This document shows positions 43,662 to 53,034 of a DNA stretch of 64,000 nucleotides, one piece after another. Origin of the DNA: Deltaproteobacteria bacterium. Its GTDB lineage: Bacteria; Myxococcota_A; UBA796; SXON01. Made by a program: the position numbers and the translations under genes. The stretch spans positions 45,340-109,339 of the forward strand of contig JAKFCH010000282.1 of the NCBI GenBank assembly GCA_036676765.1. Direction: 5' to 3'. Positions within the stretch are counted from its first letter, which is position 1, and each line of letters opens with the position of its first letter. Under the pieces are notes generated by a model. That model had not been told where the DNA came from, made no database searches, and was given only the letters and a program-made list of their open reading frames with translations.

Positions 43662-44902
43662 CCCAACCCCGCCACGATGCGCGCGACGAGATCGGGGATG
43701 TCGGCGGCCTCGATGGAGCAGAACGCGATGCGCAGCGCGTTGGCGCTCGGCACCGCGATGACGCCGACGGACTGCTCCTTCAAGAGGTGCTGCCGCATGG
43801 CCTCGGCTTCCTGGCCGTCGGGCAGCGGAAGCAGCGCGAAGCAGCCGCTGTTGAACGGGAGCACGTCGAGCCGGTGCGCCGCGAGGCTCTCGCGGAGGGC
43901 GACGAATCGTTCGGCGAGGACCGCGATCACGGCGGCCTGCTCGGTGTCGAGGGAGGCGGAGCCGAGGGCGCCGAGCACCGCGGCCTGCGCCGGGGTCGAG
44001 ACGCTGGACACGGTGCCGCGGAGCACCGCGGCCGCCTTCTCCGCGAGGGCCTGACCGGCCGCCCCGCTGGCCGAGAACGTGAGGAAGCCGACCCGCCCGC
44101 CGAAGAACACCAGCTCCTTCGTGGCGCCGTCGACCTTGCAGACGAGGGCGCGGGTCGAGTCGACCGCGGCGGCGAGCGCGCCGTAGAGGCTCTTGCCGTA
44201 GAGCGCGGGGTCGAAGTAGAGGCCGTTGTACGCATCGTCACAGACGATGCAGAGCGGGTGCGGGTGCGCGGCGAGCAGCCGCACGATCTCGTCGACCTCG
44301 TCGGGGTAGGGCGAGTACCCGGTCGGGTTGGACGGGAAGTTGAGCAGCACCAGGGCGGGGCCGTGGAGCCGCGCGAGCGTGGCGGCGAGCCCCCGCACGT
44401 TGAAGCGGCGCTCGGGGCCGAAGAACGGGTAGGTCACGAGCCGCGCGCCGGTCCGCATCGTGAAGATCTGGTCGTAGTTGTCCCAGTAGGGCGTGCCGAC
44501 GACGACCGGAACGTCGGGGCCGGTGAAGAGGTCGGCGCACAACGAGAGGCCGTGGGTGATGCCGCTCACCACCACGGGGACGCTCGCGGGCGTGCCCTCG
44601 GGGAGGGCGAGGCGGCGCAGCCACGCCTGGCGCAACGGCGCGAGCCCGTACTGCGAGGCGTAGAGGAGCGAGCTCGTGTCGGGGAACCCGGAGAAGTGCC
44701 GGACCAGCGAGGGCAGGGCGAGCGGGCGGCCGCTCCCGTCGGTGATCTGCCCGATGGTGGCCTTGCGCAGCGCGCCACGGGCCTGCTCGGACTGCTGGGG
44801 GATCCCGAGGGGCATGGCCGCGCGACGACCGAGGGGTGACAAGAGCCGGTACGCGCCGGGGTGGGTATCCCGGAGGAGCGAGTCGAGTTCGTTCGGGGTC
44901 AT
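43658..44902 (-). CDS. PLP-dependent aminotransferase, class I/II
   Basis: 414 aa with NFPSNPTGY, CDDAYNGLYF and the Lys context GATKELVFFGGRVGF. Confidence 0.8.
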   Translation of the reverse strand: MTPNELDSLLRDTHPGAYRLLSPLGRRAAMPLGIPQQSEQARGALRKATIGQITDGSGRPLALPSLVRHFSGFPDTSSLLYASQYGLAPLRQAWLRRLALPEGTPASVPVVVSGITHGLSLCADLFTGPDVPVVVGTPYWDNYDQIFTMRTGARLVTYPFFGPERRFNVRGLAATLARLHGPALVLLNFPSNPTGYSPYPDEVDEIVRLLAAHPHPLCIVCDDAYNGLYFDPALYGKSLYGALAAAVDSTRALVCKVDGATKELVFFGGRVGFLTFSASGAAGQALAEKAAAVLRGTVSSVSTPAQAAVLGALGSASLDTEQAAVIAVLAERFVALRESLAAHRLDVLPFNSGCFALLPLPDGQEAEAMRQHLLKEQSVGVIAVPSANALRIAFCSIEAADIPDLVARIVAGLG

Positions 44903-44968
44903 GCGCCGCTCCGCCGGTCTTCAGGGCCTTCTGTGGCCGCGGGCTCGAGCCCCGCATAGCTTCCGGGC

Positions 44969-45781
44969 GTGCGTCAGCTCACCCCCGCCGTCGAAGACTA
45001 TCTCGTCCGCCGAGAACCGTTCTACCTCCCGGCCGCCGACGAGGTCGGGTTGTTCGAGAGCGCGTGGCGCGCGCAGCTCCCGGTGCTCCTCAAGGGACCG
45101 ACCGGATGCGGAAAGACGCGCTTCGTGGCCCACATGGCGTGGCGCCTGGGGCGGCCGCTCATCACCGTGGCCTGCCACGAGGATCTCGCCGCGTCGGATC
45201 TGCTCGGGCGATTCCTCCTCCAGGGGGACGAGACCGTGTGGGTCGACGGTCCGCTCACCACCGCGGTGCGGCACGGCGCCATCGTCTACCTGGACGAGGT
45301 GGTGGAGGCCCGGAAGGACTCCCTCGTGGTGATCCACCCGCTCACCGACGATCGTCGCATCCTCCCCATCGACCGGCTCGCCACCGTCCTGCGCGCACCT
45401 GACGAATTCATGATGGTCATCAGCTACAACCCCGGGTACCAGTCGGTGCTCAAGGAGCTGAAGCCGTCGACCCGGCAGCGCTTCGTGAGCCTCGACTTCC
45501 GCTACCCTTCGCCCGACGTCGAGCGTGACGTGCTGATGCGCGAGGCCGGCCTCGACGCGGAGCGCGCCGGCCGCCTCGTGAAGGTGGCCGAGAAGATCCG
45601 CAACCTGACGGATCGCGGCCTCGAGGAGGGGGTGTCCACCCGCCTGCTCGTGTACTGCGCCAAGCTCTTCGCCCAGGGCGTCGATCCGCGCGCCGCGTGT
45701 CGCGCGTCGTTCACCCGCACGCTGACCGACGACCGCGATCTCCAGCGCACCATCGAGGAGATCGCCGCCGACTTCTTCTGA
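44969..45781 (+). CDS. CbbQ/NirQ/NorQ-family AAA+ ATPase (pair 1)
   Basis: Walker [14 protein letters not shown], Walker [11 protein letters not shown] and [22 protein letters not shown]. 270 aa, typical for the family. Confidence 0.9.
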   Translation: MRQLTPAVEDYLVRREPFYLPAADEVGLFESAWRAQLPVLLKGPTGCGKTRFVAHMAWRLGRPLITVACHEDLAASDLLGRFLLQGDETVWVDGPLTTAVRHGAIVYLDEVVEARKDSLVVIHPLTDDRRILPIDRLATVLRAPDEFMMVISYNPGYQSVLKELKPSTRQRFVSLDFRYPSPDVERDVLMREAGLDAERAGRLVKVAEKIRNLTDRGLEEGVSTRLLVYCAKLFAQGVDPRAACRASFTRTLTDDRDLQRTIEEIAADFF

Positions 45782-45786
45782 TCCGC

Positions 45787-48342
45787 GTGACCGCGGGCAC
45801 GCCGGCCGGCCGCGGCGGCCTCGTCCGCGTTGCTACGTTCAGGGCGGGTGGAACCGGAGCCGAGGGAGGGCCGCTGGCCGAGCGAAAGAAGAGCGTCTTC
45901 GCGGAGACGATCGGCCGGATCGACACCCGGCTGCGCCAGGCCCGGCCGGCGGTGGGGCTCGCGCGGCTCCACGGCGGGGCGCTGCGCGCCTACCTGCGCT
46001 ACCGCGGCGCGGTCGAGACCGGGCTCGGCGTCGCGGAGGCCGAGGCGTACGGTGACCTCGTCGTGGCCGTGGCGCGGAAGGACGGCGATCTCGCCCGCAT
46101 CATCGCCCTCACCCTGCCCGACCAGCTCGCCCGGGTGGAGCGCGGGCGTCGCCCCCTTTATTTTCGGCTTCTGCGCGAGGTCCTCGGCGTGCGCCACGCC
46201 GCCCTCCCGCTCGTGGCGCGCACGCTCCCCGACCTGCTCCCGTCGATGGAGGACGAGCCGCTCCGCGCCTTCCTCGCGCGCGGCCTCGCGCTCCACGGCG
46301 AATCCCACCAGAAGGCCGAGAGCTTCCTCCGCCAGGAGTCCGGCGTCGGGCAGGCGGCGGCGCGCGAGCTCGAGCGCGGGGTCGCGCTCTCCGAGGTCAA
46401 TCGCACGCTGACGCTCTACGCGCGGGCCCACTGCGGCGAGGACGTGCAGGTGCGGTCCGGCGCCGCCACCGCCTTCTCGGACGGCCACCACGTCTACCTC
46501 CCCGAGCGGGTCGACCGCTACGGGGACGACCGCGACTTCCTCGTCTACCGCGTGCAGACCGCGCTCTCCGTCGGCTACCTCGAATTCGGCACCTTCGACC
46601 TCGAGCTCGCCCCGCTCGGCGGCGCGTGGCCGGATCGCACGGAGGGGGAGGGGGAGCTCGAGCGCTACTTCCGTGCCTTCCTGAACAAGTCCCTCGCGCG
46701 CGACCTCTTCCAGATCCTGGAGGACGCCCGCGTCGAGCGCCGGATCCGCGCCGCCTACCCGGGCGTGGCCCGGGATCTCGACCGGCTCGGCCCGTCCTAC
46801 CGCGGCGAGCGTCCGGATCCGAAGGCGCCCGCGGCCCGCGCCATCGAGGCCCTCGCCCGGCACGCGTGGGGGCTCGACCGGCTCCCGCTCGGGGTCGCCG
46901 AGGAGGCCGCCATCGCGCCGCTCGTGGCCCTGCTCGCGCGCCTCGGAGAGGCCGGCGTGGGCGACATCGCCGCCGCCGTGCGCGCCGCGTACCCGGCTGT
47001 CGAGGGCCTGATGATCCGCGCGGAGGACGGCAAGCCGCCCCGCAGCGAGGGGAACCGTCGCGGCCGCCCCGAAGGGGATCTCCCGGCGCCGAGCCCGGAG
47101 GCGCTCTTCGAGCCCCCCCCGCTGGCCCCGCGGATCCGCCCCGAGCAGGCGGGCGGGGACGAGCGCCGCATCGAGGACGAGGCCCAACGGCTCCTCCGCG
47201 AGATGCGCCTCCAGGGCGAGGACGCGACGCCGTCCGAGGCCCGGCGGCAGGCGCGGGACGCCGAGCGCCGTGACGAGGAGGGGGCCTCCTACGCGGACAT
47301 GGAGGGGTTTCTCGACCGAAATCCGTCTCCAGGCGGTGCCGTGGTCGATCACGACGGCGCTACCGAGGAGGCCCCCACGCGGGCCGCGCAGGGCATCCCC
47401 GTCGATCCCGACGGCGCCGGCGGCGTGAAGACCTTCGTGTACCGCGAGTGGGACACCGCGATCGAGGACTACAAGCCGCGATGGGTCACCGTGCGGGAGC
47501 AGCGCCTCAAGGAGGGCTCGCGCGCCTTCGTCGACGACGTGATGGCGCGGGAGAAGCGCCACGTGGACGCCCTGCGCCGGCGCTTCGAGGCGATGCGGCC
47601 CCAGGGGCTCGTGAAGCACCGCGGGCTGGTGGATGGCGAGGAGCTCGACATCGACCGCGTGATCGAGGCGCGTGTGGCGCGGCGCCTCGGCCAGGAGCCG
47701 AGCGATCGCCTCTACATCCGCCGGATCCGCGAGCAGCGGGATGTCGCCGTCGCGTTCCTCCTCGACATGTCCTCGTCGACCAACGAGTCGGCGGACGGCT
47801 CGTCGCGCCGCATCATCGACGTCGAGAAGGAGGCCCTCATCGTGGCCGCCGAGGCGCTCCACGCGCTGGGCGATCCCTTCGCGATCTGGGGCTTCTCCGG
47901 GTACGGCCGCGACCACGTCGCGTTCTACGTGGCGAAGGAGTTCGTCGAGCCCTACGACGACAAGGCGCGCGAGCGCATCGGGCGCATGTCCTTCAAGATG
48001 GAGAACCGCGACGGCGCCGCGATCCGCCACGCGACCCGGAAGTTCCTGGAGCAGCCCGCGCGCGTGCGAATCCTGTTCCTGCTCTCGGACGGCAAGCCGC
48101 TCGACTGCGGCTGCGACCACTACTACGACCGCTACGCGCAGGACGACACGCGCGCGGCGCTGCGCGAGGCGCGGAAGGCCGGCATCCACCCGTTCTGCGT
48201 CACCGTGGATCCGACCGGGCCGTCGTACCTCGCGCGCATGTACGGAGACGTCGCCTACACCGTCATCGACCGCCTGGACGCCTTGCCCGCGCGGCTGATG
48301 CGCGTGTATGGTCGCCTCGCGATGAGCGGCAACCGGACGTGA
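45787..48342 (+). CDS. CbbO/NorD-like protein with C-terminal von Willebrand A domain (pair 1)
   Basis: The GTG at 45787 lies 5 nt after the ATPase stop. MIDAS LLDMSSSTN, FSGYGRDHV, NRDGAAIRHA and LLSDGKPLD are present. Confidence 0.8.
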   Translation: MTAGTPAGRGGLVRVATFRAGGTGAEGGPLAERKKSVFAETIGRIDTRLRQARPAVGLARLHGGALRAYLRYRGAVETGLGVAEAEAYGDLVVAVARKDGDLARIIALTLPDQLARVERGRRPLYFRLLREVLGVRHAALPLVARTLPDLLPSMEDEPLRAFLARGLALHGESHQKAESFLRQESGVGQAAARELERGVALSEVNRTLTLYARAHCGEDVQVRSGAATAFSDGHHVYLPERVDRYGDDRDFLVYRVQTALSVGYLEFGTFDLELAPLGGAWPDRTEGEGELERYFRAFLNKSLARDLFQILEDARVERRIRAAYPGVARDLDRLGPSYRGERPDPKAPAARAIEALARHAWGLDRLPLGVAEEAAIAPLVALLARLGEAGVGDIAAAVRAAYPAVEGLMIRAEDGKPPRSEGNRRGRPEGDLPAPSPEALFEPPPLAPRIRPEQAGGDERRIEDEAQRLLREMRLQGEDATPSEARRQARDAERRDEEGASYADMEGFLDRNPSPGGAVVDHDGATEEAPTRAAQGIPVDPDGAGGVKTFVYREWDTAIEDYKPRWVTVREQRLKEGSRAFVDDVMAREKRHVDALRRRFEAMRPQGLVKHRGLVDGEELDIDRVIEARVARRLGQEPSDRLYIRRIREQRDVAVAFLLDMSSSTNESADGSSRRIIDVEKEALIVAAEALHALGDPFAIWGFSGYGRDHVAFYVAKEFVEPYDDKARERIGRMSFKMENRDGAAIRHATRKFLEQPARVRILFLLSDGKPLDCGCDHYYDRYAQDDTRAALREARKAGIHPFCVTVDPTGPSYLARMYGDVAYTVIDRLDALPARLMRVYGRLAMSGNRT

Positions 48343-49016
48343 CCGCCCCCGAGCCCGCCGAGCAGCTCGTGGCGCCCTCCGGGCTGCGCGCGACCCGCAC
48401 GGTACCGCCCGTGGCGCGCGGCGGCGTGATCTTCGTGCCCGACGCGGGTGGACCCGACGAGGCGTTCCACCGCGCGACCGCCACGCTCGTCGCGGCCGGC
48501 TTCGTCGTGGTCGTGCCCGACCTCGGGTGGCGGAACGCGCCCGAAGACGCCCGGCTCGCGCCGTCCGACCCCGAGGTCATCGGCGATCTCGGCGCGGCGC
48601 GGGAGCTCCTTCCGCCCGGGGCCCGCTTCGTCGTGGGGGTCGGCATGGGCGGGCTCTACGCCCGGGTGGCCGCCTGCGCGGTGCTCGGCCTCGCGGGGGC
48701 CGTCGGCTTCGGGGGGCGCATCTCGTATTCGGGCGTCAACGCCCGCCAGCCCATCCAGCCGCTCGACCTGCTCCCGGGCCTGTCCTGCCCGCTCCAGTGC
48801 CACTTCGATGCCGACGACCCCGCCGCGCCCGCCGCCTCGGTGGACGAGCTGGAGCGCCGCCTCGGTGGCACGTCCAAGCCGTTCCAGATCTTCCGATACG
48901 CCCCGTCGCCCGGTGAGAGGGCGGACGACGTCGTGGCCCGGCGCACAGCCGACGCACGGACCGCGTGGGGGCGCGCGTGCAGCTTCTTGTTGCACCTCGC
49001 CGCCGATCGGACTTGA
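48339..49016 (+). CDS. Dienelactone-hydrolase-fold protein, apparently lacking nucleophile and His
   Basis: GTGA overlap with the norD-like stop. GGVIFVPDAGGPDEAFHRATATLVAAGFVVVVPDL and LQCHFDADDP fit the DLH pattern. The nucleophile elbow reads GVGMGG, where G-F-C-x-G-G is expected. Confidence 0.6.
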   Translation: MTAPEPAEQLVAPSGLRATRTVPPVARGGVIFVPDAGGPDEAFHRATATLVAAGFVVVVPDLGWRNAPEDARLAPSDPEVIGDLGAARELLPPGARFVVGVGMGGLYARVAACAVLGLAGAVGFGGRISYSGVNARQPIQPLDLLPGLSCPLQCHFDADDPAAPAASVDELERRLGGTSKPFQIFRYAPSPGERADDVVARRTADARTAWGRACSFLLHLAADRT

Positions 49017-49048
49017 CGGTTAGACGGACCAAGCCCCCCGGAGACTTC

Positions 49049-49339
49049 TTGCCCACCGCCGTGTCGGACCTGCTGCCGCTCCTGCCTCCGCTTCCCAGCC
49101 TCGACCTCGCCCCGGACGACGACGACCTCGACAAGCCCGAGGGCGCCGAAGAGGACGACTGGGAGGAGGAGGACTGGGAAGACGACGAGGACGAGGAGGA
49201 CGAGGAGGAGGACGAAGCCGACGACCTCGAGAAGGATGAGGACGCGGAAGACGAGGACGAGGACGAAGAGGACGACGACTGGGAGGACGACGACTGGGAA
49301 GACGACGAGGACGAGGACGAGGACGAAGAGGAGGCATAG
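49049..49339 (+). CDS. Extremely acidic Asp/Glu/Trp-rich small protein (96 aa)
   Basis: TTG start with GGAG 5 nt upstream (alternative GTG at 49061). 60 of the last 74 residues are D or E. Four D-W-E motifs occur in two internally duplicated blocks. Third codon positions are GC-rich in this frame. Confidence 0.5.
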   Translation: MPTAVSDLLPLLPPLPSLDLAPDDDDLDKPEGAEEDDWEEEDWEDDEDEEDEEEDEADDLEKDEDAEDEDEDEEDDDWEDDDWEDDEDEDEDEEEA

Positions 49340-49455
49340 GGCCTCCGGGTCCGCTCCGTGATCGGACGGCGGCGCCCCGCGCCCTCCGACCGCCTCCGCC
49401 CGCAGCCGCGTCGGTAGCCCCGCGTATCGTCACTCCCGCGAGGGCCCCCCTTCGA

Positions 49456-52400
49456 TCAGCCCGCGGGCGCCGCCGGTGCCAGCCTCGCCTCCACCCGACC
49501 CAACAGCGCGTCCAGCTCGGCGTAGTCGGCCGGCGTCCAGTCGGGCAGGCGGTGGAGCTCCCCGGTGCGCGTGAGCAGCACCCCGGCGCGGGCCACGCGC
49601 TCGCCGCAGTTGGCCTCGAGGACCTGCGACGCCGCCGCGCTGTAGGCGAGCAGCTGCGCCCGGTGCAGATCGAGCACCTCGGTGCCCTCCGCAGAGGCCC
49701 GGACCGACTTGTAGTCGACGACCATCCAGGCGCCGTCGCGCGGATCGCGGCACAGCCGGTCCACGCGCCCGTCGAGCGTGACCGACCCACGCACGAGGCG
49801 CACCTTCAGCTCGGCGTAGCCCTGGGCCGCGAGCACGGCCGCGACGTCGGGGCTGCCGCGCAGGACGGCGAGCTGCTCCGCCACCGTGGGCCAGCCGCGG
49901 GCGACCGCGTCGGCGTCGAGGCCCACGCCGTGCGCGGCGGCCTCCCACCGGGCCTTCGCGAAGGGCTCGTCATCCAGGAGGTTGTCCTCCAGGAGGCCGT
50001 GCAGCACCTCGCCCCGCACACCGGCGAGCACGGCGCTCTCCTCGCGCGGGCCGGCGTGCCCCCCGAGGGCGCCGAGCTCGGGGATGCCGAGCACGTGGCG
50101 CCGGTACCAGCGGTCCGGATCCTCCGCGAACAGCGCGAGCGAGCTCGGGGAGATGTCCACGCGCGCCTCCGACGCGATGGGCGCGAGGCGGCGGGCGAGA
50201 TCGGCGGGCGGCGGCGGGAGCGGATCCGGCGCGGGAGGCGGCGCGAGCGGCGCGGGCGTGTCGTCGAGCGGCTCGCGGGTGAGCCACGGCGGATCCCCGT
50301 CGTGCAGCGCCTCGTGGGCGTGTTGCAGGTCCGACCACGAGGCCGCGCGGGTCAGGTCGGGGGGCTTCGCCTTCCGGGACCCGACGAGCACGAGGTGATC
50401 GCGCGCGCGGGTGCACGCCACGTAGAAGAGCCGGCGGGCCTCGGCGGCCTCCACGTCGGCGCCGTGCGCGCGGAGGATCCCGAGGAGGCCGGGCTTCGCG
50501 GGCTGATCGAGGGGCGCGAAGCGATCGGGCACCGAGCAGGCGAGCTCCCAGCGATCGCCGACGCGGCGGCGGAGGACCCCGCCGGCATCTCCATTGACGG
50601 ACCACTTCGCCCCGAGGTCCGGGAGCACGACCACCGGGTACTCCAGCCCCTTGCTCGCGTGCACGGTGAGGATCGCGACACGGGCGGTGGTGTTCGGGAC
50701 GGCGGCCTCGGCGTCGTTCGAGTCGGCCTCGACCTTGTCGACGAGGTGGGCGGCGAAGGCGTCGAGGCTGGCGCCGCGCTGCTCGAAGCGGTCGGCGAGC
50801 GAGAGGAGGCGCTCGAGGTTGGCCGCGCCGCGGCCGCCGGGGGCGGCGTAGCCTTGCGCCCACGCTTGGCGCGTGCGTGTGATCACCGCGTGGACGAGCT
50901 CGGCCACGCTCGCGTGGTCCCGCAGGCGCGCGAGCGCGCGCCAATCCGCCTGGGCGGCGCGGATCCGGGGCACGCCGGCGAGGCGCGCGGGCAGTTCGGC
51001 CGTGGCGAGGCGCCCGAGGAACCGCGCGGACGCGAGGTCCCAGAGATCCTGGTCGGTCAAACCGAAGAGCGGCGAGCGGAGGGCCCCGACGAGGGAGATG
51101 TCGTCCCTACGCACGAGCGCGTGGAGCACGTTGGAGATGTCGACGACCTCCGGACGGCTCCAGAAGCCGACGCCGCCCACCACCACGTAGGCGATGCCGC
51201 GGGCGCGGAGCGCGGCCTCGTAGGTGCGCAGGTGGGTCCGGCGTCGAAGGAGGATCGCCACCGGTGGGGAGGGGTGCACGGTGCCGTCGTGGAGGGCCAT
51301 GTCGGTGTAGGGGCCCTGCTCGGCGAGGACCTCCTCGTGCAGGAGCCGCGCGATCCACGCGGCCTCGCGCGCGGCGTCGGTGCTCGTGTCCTCGTAGGTC
51401 GCGACGCGGACGGTGCCGCCGAGGTCCGTGCGCCCGGCGGCGAGGGCGGCGAACGGCGCCTCCCAGGCCGGGCGGTCGGGGGCATCGGGCCCGAGCACGT
51501 CCGCGAAGAGGCGGTTGAAGAACTGGATGAGCTCCGGGCGGCTCCGGTAGTTCGTGGAGAGCTCCACGGCGTGCGCCACGGTGCGGCGCGCGGCGTTGAA
51601 GACCTGCACGTCCCCCCCGCGGAAGCCGTAGATCGCCTGCTTCACGTCCCCCACGAAGAAGAGGCGATCGCCCGACGCGTGACGGGAGGGATTGCCGGTC
51701 AGGCTCTGAGGGCGGGTGAGGGCCTCGACGATCGACCACTGGAGCCCGTCGGTGTCCTGGAACTCGTCGACCATGACGAAGCGGTGGCGGCGCCGGAGCT
51801 CCTCGGCGAGCGCGCCGCCCTCCGCGAACGCGGCGCGCACCCGGAGCTGGAGCTCGGTGAAGTCGACGGCGCGGGCGTCGCGCAGCGACACGGCGAGGCG
51901 CTCGATGGCGTCGAGCACGAGCCCGCCGAGCGCGGCGAGCACCTCGAGCAGGGTGCGGTCGTGGCGGTTCGGGAGGCGCCGGATCGTGTCGATGCGCGGG
52001 AGCCAGGATCCGAGCTGCTCCTGGAGCGACTGGAGCGGCGCGCGCGAGGTGGCGTGGCGCGCGCCCCAGTCGGCCTTCTTGCCGGTGGCGGAGTGGTGGG
52101 CGAGGCTCCGCACGCCGTTCGAGCCCTCGACCACCGCGAGCGCGGCCCCGTAGGCCTCGTAGAGCGCGAAGGGATCGCCGGCGCCGATCGTGGCGTCGAG
52201 GTCGGCCCGCACCTCCGCGAGGCGCGCGAGGAACGGGGTGTCGATGCCGACCGCGAGGTCGAGGAGCGAGTCGACGAGGGGGCGCCACTCCTCCCGGAGG
52301 AACGCCTCGGCGGCGCTCGGAAGGAGCGGCGCGCGCGCGAGCAGGTCGGCCTCCCCGACGCGGCCCTCGTGGTGGGCGCGGAGGGTGGGCTCCACCTCGC

Positions 52401-53034
52401 CGCGGGCGCGCACGAGGCTCGCCACGACGTCCACGAGCGGCGCGCGACCGCCGAACGTGTGGAGGAGCAACCCGATGGTCGGGTGGTCCTCCACGAGGTG
52501 ATGATCGACCGCGTTCGTGGCCGCCTCGTAGACGAGCGCGGTCGTGTCGCCCTCCTCGAGGATGGTGAAGCCGGGCGGCGTGCGGGTCTCCGCGGGGAAC
52601 TCGCGCAGGATGCGCGCGCAGAAGCCGTGGAAGGTCGAGATCGCCGCGCCGGCGAAGCGGTCGCGCAGGGACTCCCACCGCGCCCGCAGCCGGTTGCGGG
52701 CACGCTCGGAGAGCCCCGCGGCGGCGAGCCGGTCGGCGTCGGTGCGGAGCTGGCGGGCCACGGCGGACGTGGCGGCGTAGCACCGCTCGCGCATCTCCTG
52801 GGCGGCCTTCTCCGTGAAGGTGAGGACGAGGATGTCGGCGATGTCGGGCGTGCCGGCGTCCACGAGGCGCTGGAGCAGCGTGACGAAGCGCGCGGCGAGG
52901 GTGGAGGTCTTGCCGGCGCCGGCGCCGGCGCTCACAGCGACCTCGCGGTCGGAAACCAGCGCCCCCTCCTGCTCCTTCGAGAGCCGGTCGAAGTGGATGA
53001 CGAGGCGCCCGTCGGTAACGTCGAGACGGATCAA
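49456..53034 (-). CDS. addA: AddA-type UvrD/Rep helicase with C-terminal PD-(D/E)XK nuclease
   Basis: Motifs: AGAGKTSTLA, VMVDEFQDTD, FVGDVKQAIYGFRGG, TNYRSRPE, TVHASKGLEYPVVV and YVACTRARDHLVL. Nuclease GRVDRLCRD...MVVDYKS. The TTG start overlaps the addB stop. Confidence 0.85.
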   Translation of the reverse strand: MIRLDVTDGRLVIHFDRLSKEQEGALVSDREVAVSAGAGAGKTSTLAARFVTLLQRLVDAGTPDIADILVLTFTEKAAQEMRERCYAATSAVARQLRTDADRLAAAGLSERARNRLRARWESLRDRFAGAAISTFHGFCARILREFPAETRTPPGFTILEEGDTTALVYEAATNAVDHHLVEDHPTIGLLLHTFGGRAPLVDVVASLVRARGEVEPTLRAHHEGRVGEADLLARAPLLPSAAEAFLREEWRPLVDSLLDLAVGIDTPFLARLAEVRADLDATIGAGDPFALYEAYGAALAVVEGSNGVRSLAHHSATGKKADWGARHATSRAPLQSLQEQLGSWLPRIDTIRRLPNRHDRTLLEVLAALGGLVLDAIERLAVSLRDARAVDFTELQLRVRAAFAEGGALAEELRRRHRFVMVDEFQDTDGLQWSIVEALTRPQSLTGNPSRHASGDRLFFVGDVKQAIYGFRGGDVQVFNAARRTVAHAVELSTNYRSRPELIQFFNRLFADVLGPDAPDRPAWEAPFAALAAGRTDLGGTVRVATYEDTSTDAAREAAWIARLLHEEVLAEQGPYTDMALHDGTVHPSPPVAILLRRRTHLRTYEAALRARGIAYVVVGGVGFWSRPEVVDISNVLHALVRRDDISLVGALRSPLFGLTDQDLWDLASARFLGRLATAELPARLAGVPRIRAAQADWRALARLRDHASVAELVHAVITRTRQAWAQGYAAPGGRGAANLERLLSLADRFEQRGASLDAFAAHLVDKVEADSNDAEAAVPNTTARVAILTVHASKGLEYPVVVLPDLGAKWSVNGDAGGVLRRRVGDRWELACSVPDRFAPLDQPAKPGLLGILRAHGADVEAAEARRLFYVACTRARDHLVLVGSRKAKPPDLTRAASWSDLQHAHEALHDGDPPWLTREPLDDTPAPLAPPPAPDPLPPPPADLARRLAPIASEARVDISPSSLALFAEDPDRWYRRHVLGIPELGALGGHAGPREESAVLAGVRGEVLHGLLEDNLLDDEPFAKARWEAAAHGVGLDADAVARGWPTVAEQLAVLRGSPDVAAVLAAQGYAELKVRLVRGSVTLDGRVDRLCRDPRDGAWMVVDYKSVRASAEGTEVLDLHRAQLLAYSAAASQVLEANCGERVARAGVLLTRTGELHRLPDWTPADYAELDALLGRVEARLAPAAPAG

